A stretch of 63,990 bases of DNA, counting the filler, from Craspedostauros australis (taxonomy: Eukaryota), in the NCBI GenBank assembly GCA_030167865.1. It is 19 parts of 19 records of this genome, joined end to end, with 100 filler letters (N's around TTAATTAATTAA, not from the genome) between each part and the next. Parts side by side here need not be neighbours in the genome. Positions count along the whole stretch, not along the records: positions 20,764 to 30,912 come from JALAGF010000126.1; positions 31,013 to 34,254 come from JALAGF010000129.1; positions 34,355 to 37,129 come from JALAGF010000130.1; 16 more parts are not named here. One strand, written 5' to 3'. Shown in pieces: positions 24,306 to 35,835 of this stretch (position 1 is its first letter; each line of letters starts with the position of its first letter). The notes under the pieces are model-generated. The model was given only the letters and a program-made list of their open reading frames with translations. It ran no database searches and had not been told where the DNA came from. A program made the position numbers and the translations under genes.

Positions 24306-25368
24306 GATGAAATGAAGTGATCTTCTCGAGAGTAGTCTTTATTATGACGGCACGAGTGGGGTGGATGTAGGCGTGGATGGAGATGTCAATGTATTAGTAG
24401 GTGCACAGCAGTCCTTCGTTTGATTTGGATGTGGGTCGAGGAAGTAGTTCTGTCGTTGCTGCCAAGGGGTTGTGCCCTGTGTTGTTTTGTGTTGTTCCTC
24501 GAAGTTTGTGTTGTGACCGTTGCGTTTTGTCGTGCTTGTTGTAATTTTGATTTTGTGTGTGAATCCGAGTTTGGAATCAAGTCTTGTGTTTGAGCAGTCG
24601 TGGATCTGGACAATGCCGAAATCGGTCAAACCAATCAAATGAACACACAAATGGCTCCACAATACTGGTACTATTTATTGAGTGAGTACCTGTGTTGGCA
24701 TATCTTAATTACGAGGTCTCACCAACGTCCATACGCCTTCCGTATGACAGTTATTTCATTTCAAGTGATTCCGATGAACGAAAATCTCGAAATAGAATTG
24801 AGGTACCTGGTCTTCGCATAATATTCACTTCAATAGCTAGAAATATGTCATAGGTACTAAACTTCGGAGAGAGGCTTCGTGGTTCGAGCTCACAGAACGA
24901 AGTGAGGACATTCGGGTTTGGAACACAATTATCATACCAAACCGCAGATGACTGTATGGAATAGACTAATTATGCTGTGCTGTTTTTGCGTTGCGCGATC
25001 CCGTGGAAGTGTCGCTAGGCATCATTGATTGTGCGATTGGGCTGGTTGCAGAAAAAGTCCCTTTCGTTTGTTGTGGGGTGATGTTTTTGTTACTCGTCTT
25101 CGCCCGTCTGCAGTGTTTCAGATTCTCCGCTCACCTCGCTGCTCGTGTGACCGGTATCCAAGTGTGTTGATGGAACAGTTCCAGGAAGGGTGGAGAGGCA
25201 GAGAGAGAGGGAGGGAGACTTGCACTGCATCTGTGGTCTGCACTCGCACAAGTAATGGCATCGAACGGAGCCGCTTTTGCTTGTCGATCATTTTAGAGAG
25301 GCAACCTGGAGCGCACATAAACACAGACCAACGAACCCGATCACAACCAGCACCCGCGCCGACAACCA

Positions 25369-28300
25369 ATGGATCACACCATGGACCAAGCAATGGACCA
25401 CACGATGAATCAAGAAACGGATCGGCCACAGAGGTCCAGCAAGACTCCGCAAGTCAGCGCTTTCGACGTCCTAACTTCCGGGCACGAGTTCTATGACCAT
25501 GGTTACACAGAAGAAGAACAAAACGCCGCAGATCTGCCGTCCACCTTCGAGCCCGTTTCTGCCAACCTCCACAACAGCCTCAGCAGACTCCAAAGCAATG
25601 GCGAGAACAACGAAAGCGTCAACGACAGTGATGGTGATGGTGTTGGCCCTATTCAAAAAAGCCGCAGTGCCAGCACTACAGCGCAGCATTCCTTTCCATC
25701 CTTTCTTCCGTCATCGTCATCGTCTTCGTTGTTGGCACCATCTTCTCCGTCTCCATCTGTCATGTCGGCCGCTGCGAACCGCGTCACCGCCACCATGCTG
25801 GGGATGAGAGCAACCTCGGGGACGACCAACCACTCATTCTTCGGGAGGACCAAAGAACTCATCAAGCTCAAATCCATTCACAGTATTGTCATGCAGAAGA
25901 GAAGTCTGCAAACATACACGAATAACACAAGTGGTGACGACCAACAAGAATCGCCACCCATTTATCCAGCCGTTCTGGTGTGGGGGAAGAGCGGAACAGG
26001 CAAGTCCTGCCTGATCGAGCAATTCATCGACGAAGCCTGCTGCACCTGCAACACAAACGTCATCAATTCATCAGCTCCACCACCACCATCGGCAAGGATA
26101 GACAATGGTAATATCCATACGAGGAGCAACGGTGCTGGAAGACGCAGCAGCAACAGCAGTACCAACACCAGCAACAGCAACAGCACCAACACCTGCGACG
26201 GGAAAACAAGCCCTCGACATTGTTCCTGTTGCTATGTGTTGCGTGGAAAGTACGATGAAAGCACAGGTGGAAGCGAGCCATTCTCTGCCATCATCCAGGC
26301 TCTCAATGATCTCGTGATGCAACTTCAGCATGGACCACCCGAGGAGCTTGATCGGATGCGGTCGTTGATTCGAAATGCGTTCGACAGCGAGGGTTCCAAC
26401 GGGAACACAAAACAAAGGAACATGAGCTTCACTCATGCCGATAGCACCGGAACTGCCGAAGCTACCGCCGCCGCCGTCAACGACAACAGCGACGGCAATG
26501 GCGAGACAGAGAGATCAACTACGAGTTCCCAACTCGGACTTTCCCAGTTGATCCCTTTGGTCCCATCCCTCTCCATTCTCTTGAGCGATGACACCAACAT
26601 GTCAAACCCACCCATCGCCCCAAACCTGGAATCGCCGACGGCATCAGATGATGAAGCACCCGTGGCATGTACCCGCATGTCGGTATCGTCGTCCGAATTA
26701 TCAAGTGCACAGCGACCCAATGCATACGACGAATCATCGCCTGCCCAAGGTTCTCAGAATTCATGGAACCGACTCCGGTACATCTTCATCCAATTCATGA
26801 AGACCATCTCGACACCGACCAAGCCAGTGTATCTGTTCCTCGATGATTTGCAGTGGTCGTCCTCTGCTGGGTTGGAACTCGTTGCCATGCTGATCTCTGA
26901 TCCCGAGATGGACAACTTCATGCTGCTTGGCGCCATCCGACAAGACACGGATCCTCAAAACGATGAGATCGTCGATTTGAAGATAGACGCACCTCTGAGA
27001 ACTTCGTTCCTCGATCGATTGATCCCGCCTGCTGGAGATAGAGGTGATGGAAATGGAGGCAACGGTGGTGATGACGATAGTAATGATGGCGGCAGCGGCA
27101 GCGGCGGCAGTCAAATATCGAACGGAATGGATCACCTGGAAGACGAAACAAAGCAAGATCACCATCTGCATCTCGAGCAAATCACCATCACAAACCTCTC
27201 CCTCGACGACACAACACAATGGCTGTCCGAGATGTTGGACCGACCATGTGATGACCCTGATCTGATGGTTCTCACAAGGAAGCTGCACAAAAAGACGGGC
27301 GGCAACGTCTTCTTCACAATCAAAGCCATCGAAGAACTGAAGCGCAAGAATATCATCGTGTTCAGCCGCATCACATTCATGTGGGAATGGAACCTGCGAA
27401 GTAAGAGCAAGAATCGCATCTCGAGCGCCCCACTTGGCTTCGGGAAGCATCACGGCTTCCGTGGCGACAGCAATGATAATGACAACCACAACGACGACAA
27501 CGACAGCGACTCCGATGATGATCTTCCCATCAGCGACAACATCGTCACTGCCATCGAGAATCAGCTCCGACAGCTATCTCAAGACCTGCAACATGTGCTC
27601 TCCATCGCTTCATACATCAGAGCTCGATTTGACCTCTTCGTTCTACAAAGAGTCATGGAACAGGAGCAGGCGTATGCCAATTGCACGAATGCGGACACCA
27701 CCCTTGAAGATAGTCAGGCAAATCAAGCCAATGCAAATGACAGCGACCAGCAACCCGCACCTAAATCTACATTCGCATCCGCATCAGCACCCGCATCCGC
27801 ATGGACAAAAGCCAGATTGATCTCAATCCTACAACAGGCCATCGCCGAGAGGCTTGTCATCCACTCCACTACCTCCAGGAACACATACCAATTTGCTCAT
27901 GATCGCATCCAGCAAGCGGCATACGGGCTCGTTCCGTACGGTGAGGTCAGGGACAAGCTGAGAGTGAGGATAGGCCGCTGCCTCCTTGACATATACGCGG
28001 AAACACACCCGATCGACTGTATGAGTACTTGGGGCGAAGGCAATCGTATCGATCCCAACGATCATGGCAAGCAACGCATTCACACCGAGCGCACTGAGCA
28101 GGATGGCGGGACAACCGTCGTCGAATCATTGCAGAGGGAAGGGCCACAAGAACATCCCCCGCACCAGCGCGCGCATGCATTTCAACAGGATGATACGCTC
28201 CTCTTCGTTGCGGCAGATCATCTCAACAGCGTCCAAACCAAAGACCACATGTTCTCTGCCACCATGAATCTACACGTCGGTGAAACAGCCCTGGGCATGG

Positions 28301-30084
28301 CTGCTCTTGCATCTGCTGCCGGATACTTGCGCAAGGCATCCAATGCACTCCAGCGGGTCCGGAAGCCATGGGAAGAGCACTACGGCATCTCGCTCCGGCT
28401 GCATCAAGCCAGAGCGGAGGCCGAGCTGTCGCTGGGGCACTTCGAGATTGGATACAGGCTCGGAAACGAAGCCATTGACCATGCGAAGACAGTGGACGAC
28501 AAGATTCAGGCGCACCTTTCCATGGCGCTCGCGTTGGGTCGGGAGGATAAACATATCGAGTCACTATCGATGAGTATGCGCTTGGGTCGCATGCTCGGCA
28601 TAGTTCCCCGTCGGTTTTTCCTCGCGCACATCGTCAAGGACATACTGACGATCAAGGCCTATTTCAAACGCCACACGGACGATGACATCTTGGCTTTGCC
28701 CCTTGTGGAAGATTACAAAACGATCATGGCCGTGCGGACTGGTTGCGAAATCGGGGATAGATCGCTCGTGGTTGGAGATCCTATTCCATGGATGCTCGAA
28801 ACGTGCAAAATGTTGAAGATGACTATCAAGTACGGGATTTCCGCTTTGTCGGCTATGTGCTTCGCTTCGATGGGGACAATCTTCGATATGGTCATGAAGG
28901 ATTACGCTTCAGCGTTGCGGTGTGTCAACATTGGAAGACGCATACTGAATTTGACGAAGAACGATGAAGCCCGAGGATTGGCGGGTGGCCTCCCCCTGGA
29001 ATTCATTCTCCGCTACAGTTTACCAACTGAACAGATTGATCCTATGGTCAGCGAAACGCACCAATACGCAATGCAGGCAGGGTGTTTTGAAGTTGGAATC
29101 AGAACGCTCCAGTTCCGCTTCATCGCACGCTACTTCCAGGACTGCACCCTTCCAGAGTTGAGCAACACAATCAACAATGTAATACGGCAGTCTCGAGTTT
29201 ATCGAGTTGCTGCCCTGGATGGAGTTTCCCGTGCAACCCTTCAACTTTCCCAACTCCTTCAAGGGATACAGAAGGTAGACTGGACAGATATCGTGGCACA
29301 GTCGCAGAAAGATCTGAAGAAGAACCCACCACATCCTACACGAGTATTCGAAGTGAAGTTCGACTTCTTCACTTCGGCTTGTGCGGCCTATTACTCCGAG
29401 CGGTACGAGATCGCAGATCGTTCGATGAAGAAATTCCGAAGCATAGGAGACAAGAGTGAGGCGTTCATCTTGGTGCAACAACGCTTGTGGATGTCAGGTT
29501 TGATAGCATCTGCTATGTACAGGACCACCAAGAAGCGGAAGTACAGAAGCAAGCTCAGGTCCCAAGTCGCCATCCTTGAATCCATGGAGAAGACCAAAGG
29601 CAACGGCCTTCGTCTGTGCAGGCTACTCTTGGAAGCGGAATACCAATCCTTGGCGCATACCAAAGGGGATCCACTCAAGGTTCAGCGCGTTTTGGATGCG
29701 TACGACGCAGCCATCGAAGCAGCGCTTGATGAACCGTCCACGCAAATCATTGCGTTGGGGCACGAACTTGCCGCAGAACACCTGATCCGAAGCAAGGAAG
29801 AGGGAGGAAACAAACCCACGAGCCGCAACGATGATGGCCTGAAACTGGAAGAGGTTGCGTCGGACGCGGCAATCAGCAGGTATTTGCTGCAGGCATTGGA
29901 GCGTTACCATGTGTGGGGATGCCGATTGAAGATCGACTGTATCCTGCGATCACGATCCCAATACGTTCAGGATTGGGAACCCGTCAAGGAGCAACCGCAG
30001 ACAAAGACAAGCAGAACAGCAGTGGGCAAAACGATAGGATCTGTTCCATCAGCATCGAATCGGGCATTCTCGGGCGATCAGTAA
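25369..30084 (+). CDS. Large intronless AAA/STAND-type ATPase with helical (TPR-like) C-terminus, related to the ATPase module of bacterial multi-sensor kinases
   Basis: FFGRTKEL..L, Walker A GKSGTGKS, GKYDE....PFSAI, Walker B PVYLFLDDLQW, KTGGNVFF, YQFAHDRIQQAAY and C-terminal AL..ELAA...Y..WG...K. Confidence 0.8.
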   Translation: MDHTMDQAMDHTMNQETDRPQRSSKTPQVSAFDVLTSGHEFYDHGYTEEEQNAADLPSTFEPVSANLHNSLSRLQSNGENNESVNDSDGDGVGPIQKSRSASTTAQHSFPSFLPSSSSSSLLAPSSPSPSVMSAAANRVTATMLGMRATSGTTNHSFFGRTKELIKLKSIHSIVMQKRSLQTYTNNTSGDDQQESPPIYPAVLVWGKSGTGKSCLIEQFIDEACCTCNTNVINSSAPPPPSARIDNGNIHTRSNGAGRRSSNSSTNTSNSNSTNTCDGKTSPRHCSCCYVLRGKYDESTGGSEPFSAIIQALNDLVMQLQHGPPEELDRMRSLIRNAFDSEGSNGNTKQRNMSFTHADSTGTAEATAAAVNDNSDGNGETERSTTSSQLGLSQLIPLVPSLSILLSDDTNMSNPPIAPNLESPTASDDEAPVACTRMSVSSSELSSAQRPNAYDESSPAQGSQNSWNRLRYIFIQFMKTISTPTKPVYLFLDDLQWSSSAGLELVAMLISDPEMDNFMLLGAIRQDTDPQNDEIVDLKIDAPLRTSFLDRLIPPAGDRGDGNGGNGGDDDSNDGGSGSGGSQISNGMDHLEDETKQDHHLHLEQITITNLSLDDTTQWLSEMLDRPCDDPDLMVLTRKLHKKTGGNVFFTIKAIEELKRKNIIVFSRITFMWEWNLRSKSKNRISSAPLGFGKHHGFRGDSNDNDNHNDDNDSDSDDDLPISDNIVTAIENQLRQLSQDLQHVLSIASYIRARFDLFVLQRVMEQEQAYANCTNADTTLEDSQANQANANDSDQQPAPKSTFASASAPASAWTKARLISILQQAIAERLVIHSTTSRNTYQFAHDRIQQAAYGLVPYGEVRDKLRVRIGRCLLDIYAETHPIDCMSTWGEGNRIDPNDHGKQRIHTERTEQDGGTTVVESLQREGPQEHPPHQRAHAFQQDDTLLFVAADHLNSVQTKDHMFSATMNLHVGETALGMAALASAAGYLRKASNALQRVRKPWEEHYGISLRLHQARAEAELSLGHFEIGYRLGNEAIDHAKTVDDKIQAHLSMALALGREDKHIESLSMSMRLGRMLGIVPRRFFLAHIVKDILTIKAYFKRHTDDDILALPLVEDYKTIMAVRTGCEIGDRSLVVGDPIPWMLETCKMLKMTIKYGISALSAMCFASMGTIFDMVMKDYASALRCVNIGRRILNLTKNDEARGLAGGLPLEFILRYSLPTEQIDPMVSETHQYAMQAGCFEVGIRTLQFRFIARYFQDCTLPELSNTINNVIRQSRVYRVAALDGVSRATLQLSQLLQGIQKVDWTDIVAQSQKDLKKNPPHPTRVFEVKFDFFTSACAAYYSERYEIADRSMKKFRSIGDKSEAFILVQQRLWMSGLIASAMYRTTKKRKYRSKLRSQVAILESMEKTKGNGLRLCRLLLEAEYQSLAHTKGDPLKVQRVLDAYDAAIEAALDEPSTQIIALGHELAAEHLIRSKEEGGNKPTSRNDDGLKLEEVASDAAISRYLLQALERYHVWGCRLKIDCILRSRSQYVQDWEPVKEQPQTKTSRTAVGKTIGSVPSASNRAFSGDQ

Positions 30085-30790
30085 GGGTCCGCTGTCTCGT
30101 CTCGTAGAGCAGATACTCTCTAGCTCGTATAATAGGACACTTCGATGGTTAAAACACGCCAAGCAATGCCGTCGCGGAGTGATATACTCTACACGATTAC
30201 TAATCGTAGGTAGTATGCGAGGTGATATCCCTGCACACACCCTGCCGAACTGCGTCGTGTACGAGCTACTCGCGCCCAAGAGGAGCTGCAAGCTAGAGTA
30301 GAGGAATAGCTGGTGAGTTGTGCTGAGTGACGTCACACGAGCGCACAAAGTTTGCTCAGAATTCGACACGACAATTCTCACCACAAAACGGACCTCGCAA
30401 CAACACACGACACAACACGATGTGAGACAACCAACCAACTCCAACAAGGAGGGAGAGCCATGATGACGACCATGATGCACAATGGACATGCTCCGCTTCC
30501 AACCATAGGCATGCGTCAAGCATAAAACGAAGTCAGCCATAGACTCAAGCAGGCACTGCGTCGATTAAGCAACCATCAATGCAAACAACAAACTGATTGC
30601 CAATCCTCTTGTCGATTGTTAACACCATACTGGTGCACGTACAACGAGAGACCCTTCAACCACGATTGCTCCAATTTGATCCAATCCGTGCTGTTCTGCA
30701 ATCGCGAGGTGCGACGGAATCCACGTTGCACCACATCCCATCACAACACAACACTCAAAGTACGCATCGTACCACAGCTATCGACTCATC

Positions 30791-30912
30791 ATGACAAAGC
30801 ATGCCCACTCATCAGCAACACCGTCGACAATTGCGACAGCGCAATGTGACTACGATGAACTGTCGAAGCAGGAAAAGAGCGAGCTGATCAGGGACGTTCT
30901 TCCGCAGTGTCA
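30791..30912 (+). CDS. Possible 5' end of an unknown gene, cut by linker
   Basis: ATG at 30791 is open to the scaffold end (MTKHAHSS...DYDELSKQEKSELIRDVLPQC). No motif recognised. Confidence 0.3.
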
Positions 30913-31569
30913 NNNNNNNNNNNNNNNNNNNNNNNNNNNNNNNNNNNNNNNNNNNNTTAATTAATTAANNNNNNNNNNNNNNNNNNNNNNNNNNNNNNNN
31001 NNNNNNNNNNNNATTTGTCCCTCGACGTCTGCATGCTTGGCGTTTTTAGACGTAGACTAGTGCGAAAAATATAAACTTTTTAACTACGGCGCCCAGAAGC
31101 TTGTTACTTCACACATATACTCTCTACAACATAATAGGATGATTTAAGTGCTTATCTCAAAAATCCGCAAATGACTACATGAGAACCCTGAACGGGGTCG
31201 TATGCACACATGACACTCACCGAAATTAGAAGCTGGAACATGATAATAATAACCACAATGACTAACCCAAGAAAGGGGTGCCCCGAGGGCTTTAGGCTCG
31301 CCCGACCGCGACGCACGGCCACGGCCAGGTCGAGCATTACAAACAAGAGCGCCTGCCACGCCCACTCACTAAATCCAGACGACCACCGTGCCTAGGGCGC
31401 CGGACCTGAGACCCGTCCCCGCCAAACGGCCGCCTTGCTACGGGCCCACGGCCCCAGCCGAAGGCGATCGGCCTGCACCCGAGCTGCCGGAGGCGGCCCG
31501 GGTTCGGGCCCGATCGTCTTCGGCTGGGGCTGGGGCCCACTCACGTGCCGACACGGGAAGCGCGTCACC

Positions 31570-34254
31570 TCAATCGCCCACCATGCCCAGCCGAAGGCGC
31601 TCTGCCCTGCACAGGCCGCCGCAGGCGGCCTGTGCTCGGGCTGGAGCGCCTTCGGCGTCTGTATCGTCGACCACAATGCCCCGATAGTCGCCATCGTCCT
31701 CCCTGCTGTACCATGCAAACTCGCCTGACCCTCCCGTATCTGGTGGATTCGAGCCGACCGCACTGCCGCCGGAGTCCGCCGCCTCCACAGCGACATTGTC
31801 CGGGGCCCGTGCACGCACTGCGCGCACAAACCGAAGCCATGCTCGTCTCGTGTCAGCCCCCGCCAACGGACTAGGTGCAGCACCACTCCCGGCCACTGCC
31901 AAGTCGCACCCCTCCCACCCACTGAAACCGTTGTGTCTCTCCGTGACCTCCTCTAGCTCCTCACGTCGCGCACTCATCGCGGCGAGGACTGCCGCCTCCG
32001 CTTGCTTAGCCTGATTACGACACCGCCACATGCTGTGCACAAAGCGCCAACCTGCCAGAACCGCGTCGCGGGCCCAGGACTCCACGGTGTAGAAACGCCG
32101 TCCCGACCCGTGCTCCACGAACCACCTCTGTTGCTGCTCACACCAATCTCGCGGTATCCAGCCCATGAGAACGGGCCACCATCGCACAGGAACCTCCTCC
32201 TGGAAGCCCTCCCTCACAGCACGGCCACAGAACCCCCGAAGACTTGAGTAGACCAAGCTGACAAGCGGACCACTCGTACCGATGGTCTCCAACTCCTCCA
32301 CGTACTGTTGAAAGCACTCCTCCCAGCCTCCTCCTGAAGCTGAACACCTGACCACATGCATAACGGACTCGGCCTGCCCACACCACGGGCACCGCTCTTC
32401 GGCGCCGTACTGCTTCAGCTTGACGCCGACCCCGATAAAGCCCGTGGACATCTTTGCCACAAACAGCCGCTGCTTCCAGGATGCTCTCGCACATGCACTT
32501 CGGCGCCCGTGGGCCTCAATAGAGCCGCTGTCCTGTCGCACTCGCCCCATTTTCTTGTCCCAATAGGTCTCAACCGCCCCGCCTACCACTGCATCATGTA
32601 TGCCTGCGGCCGCCCAAGACGACTTCATGTCTCCCACGTACAACTTCCAGGCAAATGAGCCGTCGCTGCGCCACTGGGGTGGTGTCTTGTGCTGCATCTT
32701 GTCCCAGTACTTTTTGGCCTCCGAATCGCAGTGGACATTGAGAAGCGCCCATTGATCCAGCACTTCCGACTGGTCGTCCTGGTGCCCTCGCACCCACCGG
32801 AAACGCACCGCCACAGCCAACCTCCGACGCAGCGCCTTGATATGATCTAGCATATCGAACGACGGCCTGCCCACATGTGCCACTCCATCCCTGCTGTTCT
32901 CCATCGCCTTCATCCCGTCTAACCCTATCACTACCGGTCCTGGTCCGAGGTCGCCGCCCCTTTCCAGCTCCACGAGCTCACGCAGAACCCCAGCCACTCC
33001 AGCTAGTTCACTTCGGTACGCCGACTGCACTTCCCTTGCCCCTGGCACTACGTTGCACCCCGTGCGCTGCACCCCGGAGTCCATGATGTGTAAGACGTAG
33101 GCCGACGTCCCAAATCCTCGCTTGAACGAGCCATCACTGACCGCCATAAGATCCCCTCTGCGAATGGCCGCTCTCAGTTCCGCGTCTGACGCATCGCCCG
33201 ACACCTGGTCCCGCTCCCAGGCTTGATTTGAACCGTCGGGCTTGTCGCGCGGAGTATTTGGCACTGTCTCCCCTATTCGTGGCGTTTCTACCACTGCGAG
33301 CACCACCCCATGGGGGTTCACACACTGGACGGAGGAGCGCCGGGCATGCGTAGGCAGGCGTGCGCTCACCTCGTTGGTGGCTTGGAACTCCGCCCTTCTT
33401 GCCCTCCGACCTTGCGTCCTGCGCCACACTCGGAAGCCGGAGTCCAACCGCTGCCATGCGACACCGTCGTCATTGGGCCGTCGCCACCACAACCACCCCC
33501 TGTCATCCCGCAGCCACGCCTGCATTCGTCGTCGTAAGCGCAGATGGCGGCCCTCCGTCAATCCTTCAATCCACTCTTGCCACAGCAGCCAGTGTTTGCG
33601 GGTAAGCTTCCGTGGCACGCGAGGGCGCCCGCTGGATCCCTGGGTTCCCGCCTGAACTCCGTCAAAGGCCAGTCGCATGATGCTGGTACCATCCGCTGTC
33701 ACCATATCCGCAAGGGTAACCACCCCCAGTTGCATGCGGCATTCATTGAGCACCGCCTTCTGCTTGGAGCTATACCCCTGACAGCGCCAGCTGTCCAGCA
33801 AGAACACATCTCCCACTCGTTGTCTCTCGATTGACACCCCCGTCTCCACAATGGAAACACCGAAGCGCTGGGCGTTCGACCACACTTGGGTCACCCACGT
33901 CGGCGTGATGTGGCCCTTGCATTCGGCAAAGCTTTGCTGGAAAAGTGGTCCGCCTCCGGCGGTCTCAAGCTTGGTTTGTTCGATCGACAGCTGGATCATT
34001 CGGCCTGTGATGGAGCCTGTGTTCACCTCATGAGCCATCGACTGTATTTGCACCGACAGCTGCCAAACCGCGGGGTTGCGCATCCCAATCCCCCCATGGG
34101 CCCTGGGCCCGTAAAGCACAGCTCTTGGGAACGACCGGGCCACACCCCCTCGGGGAAGGGCCTTAGTCCAAATCGGCGCGTATATGAAGTCCCACTGCCG
34201 TTGGGTAAGAGTGATTGCCTCCATGGGGTATTCCAACGTCTTAGTAATCCTCGT
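31570..34254 (-). mobile_element. Non-LTR retrotransposon (LINE) 3' half: post-RT region, RNase H and Cys/His knuckle
   Basis: YP....LT..Q...I..P....ALP..G..R.FPRAV.YGP...GG.G (end of RT). RNase H motifs AVSDGSFK, SAYRSELAGV, D, WVRGHQD and LN..CD..AK, then CPWCG..ES..HVVRC. GC-rich relative to its flanks. Confidence 0.85.
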
Positions 34255-34354
34255 NNNNNNNNNNNNNNNNNNNNNNNNNNNNNNNNNNNNNNNNNNNNTT
34301 AATTAATTAANNNNNNNNNNNNNNNNNNNNNNNNNNNNNNNNNNNNNNNNNNNN

Positions 34355-34671
34355 GTCATGGATGATGCCCTTTCTGAGTTGTTCTAGTCCCTGGCTGACA
34401 CATGCCATGATCTCCAGATGGGGTGATCATCAATGTGTCGGTCATCATCTTCCTTCACATGATTTAGATATCGTGGCCTTTTCTTGATTCACAGAGGACA
34501 GGCTTGTTTTCTTGGTAAGACTGAGGTCATTCCCGTGTGATTCGTGTCATGGTTGGAATGGATAATATTCAAAGGTGCGACGAATAATATCCAAAGGTGT
34601 GACAAATAATGTTGGGAGTTGCGGCAATCATGGGTATCTTTCCGACAGAGTCGTACCCTCGATTCCTGACA
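34355..34671 (-). mobile_element. LTR (TG-end portion) inserted in a CvfB-like gene
   Basis: The minus strand starts TGTCAGGAATCGAGGGTACG..., and its first ~100 nt resemble the LTR at 35081. It abuts coding sequence in mid-domain. Confidence 0.65.
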
Positions 34672-35006
34672 TCCGTCAAGGTCGCAACAACCTGGATGTC
34701 GTGCGCGGTGAGATACTGCCAGCCTACGTGGCGGACAATTCGCGTGAAGATGGCAAGATGCTCTTCTCTCTGCGCGTCTACGGTGGTAAAGGCAAGGCAG
34801 ATGAGGTCAGCACCAAGATCATGGAGCAGCTCGAGGCATCGCAGGACGGGACGATCGCAGTCGGTGACAAGTCGTCGCCGCAGGACATCAACGCACTGCT
34901 CCCTGGCGTCAGCAAGGGATCCTTCAAGAAGGCGGTGGGCGCGCTGTATCGCAAGGGGATGGTTCAACCGAGTCCCAACTCTGTTGCTCTTGTCGACAAG
35001 TCATAA
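34672..35006 (+). pseudogene. 3' fragment of an S1 + CvfB-type winged-helix RNA-binding protein
   Basis: GE.LPAYV....EDGK...SLR..G followed by G.I.VGDKSSP.DI....PG.SK..FKKAVGALY..G, the CvfB/YitL C-terminal pattern. The 5' part is replaced by LTR sequence. Confidence 0.65.
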
Positions 35007-35080
35007 ACTAGAATACCATATGGTGGATCTGTGCACTCATCCGTGTCGCTTTCGTTGGCGACGTCACCACGTCCTGGACA

Positions 35081-35829
35081 TGTTAGGAATTGAGGGTACG
35101 AATTTGTCGGAATACCGGTAATTGCCGCACCTCCCAACATTGTTCGTCACAGCTTTGAATATTATTCGTCACATGTTCGGAGACTATTTGTCACACCTTT
35201 GNATACCATGTCATTATGACTATGACTAAGCATACGGACGCGATTGATACCTGTATAACCGCGAGGAGGGTAGCCTGTCCTCTGGTAACGTAAGGACGAC
35301 ACCCATGGCGGATCAGGAGGTCCCGATACCACGCCAACCATGGCAACCATCCAGACGACGACGTCGATCAAGAACAGCATGTCCATGGGCAAGTGACGCA
35401 CCTTCTTCAGAGGACAGCACGCGCCCCTCCTGCGGACAAGAACATCCGCAGGTTTGGAACATCAGAAAGGATCAGAATATCCACAGGTTTGGAACATCAC
35501 CAAAGGTGACATCGGCTATGAGACGATGGTGTCATGAGGATCAACAAAGGAAACATGAGATAGGCAAGCGCTCAAGACTGCAGATCCCTACCATGCAAAC
35601 GTAGACAGCTACGACAGTGCAGAGACAAGGAAGCAAGAACAGAGCATGATGAATGAAGAGGGAAGCACCTAAAGAGACAACAGGACGCCCCGTGTCGCCA
35701 CTGCGACAGATGCCTGCCATGAAGATGAAATCGAAAGAGAAAGTGAGATTGTGCTCACAGTTCTAAAACAGTACAGTTTCTAACAGCAGATTAGAATTTA
35801 GTACTAACTATAACCCCGGATTTCCAACA
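35081..35829 (+). mobile_element. Solo LTR (749 bp) with target-site duplication
   Basis: Begins TGTTAGGAAT and ends ATTTCCAACA. Flanked on both sides by TGGACA (35075-35080, 35830-35835). Contains internal short tandem repeats. Orientation is assumed. Confidence 0.8.
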
Positions 35830-35835
35830 TGGACA

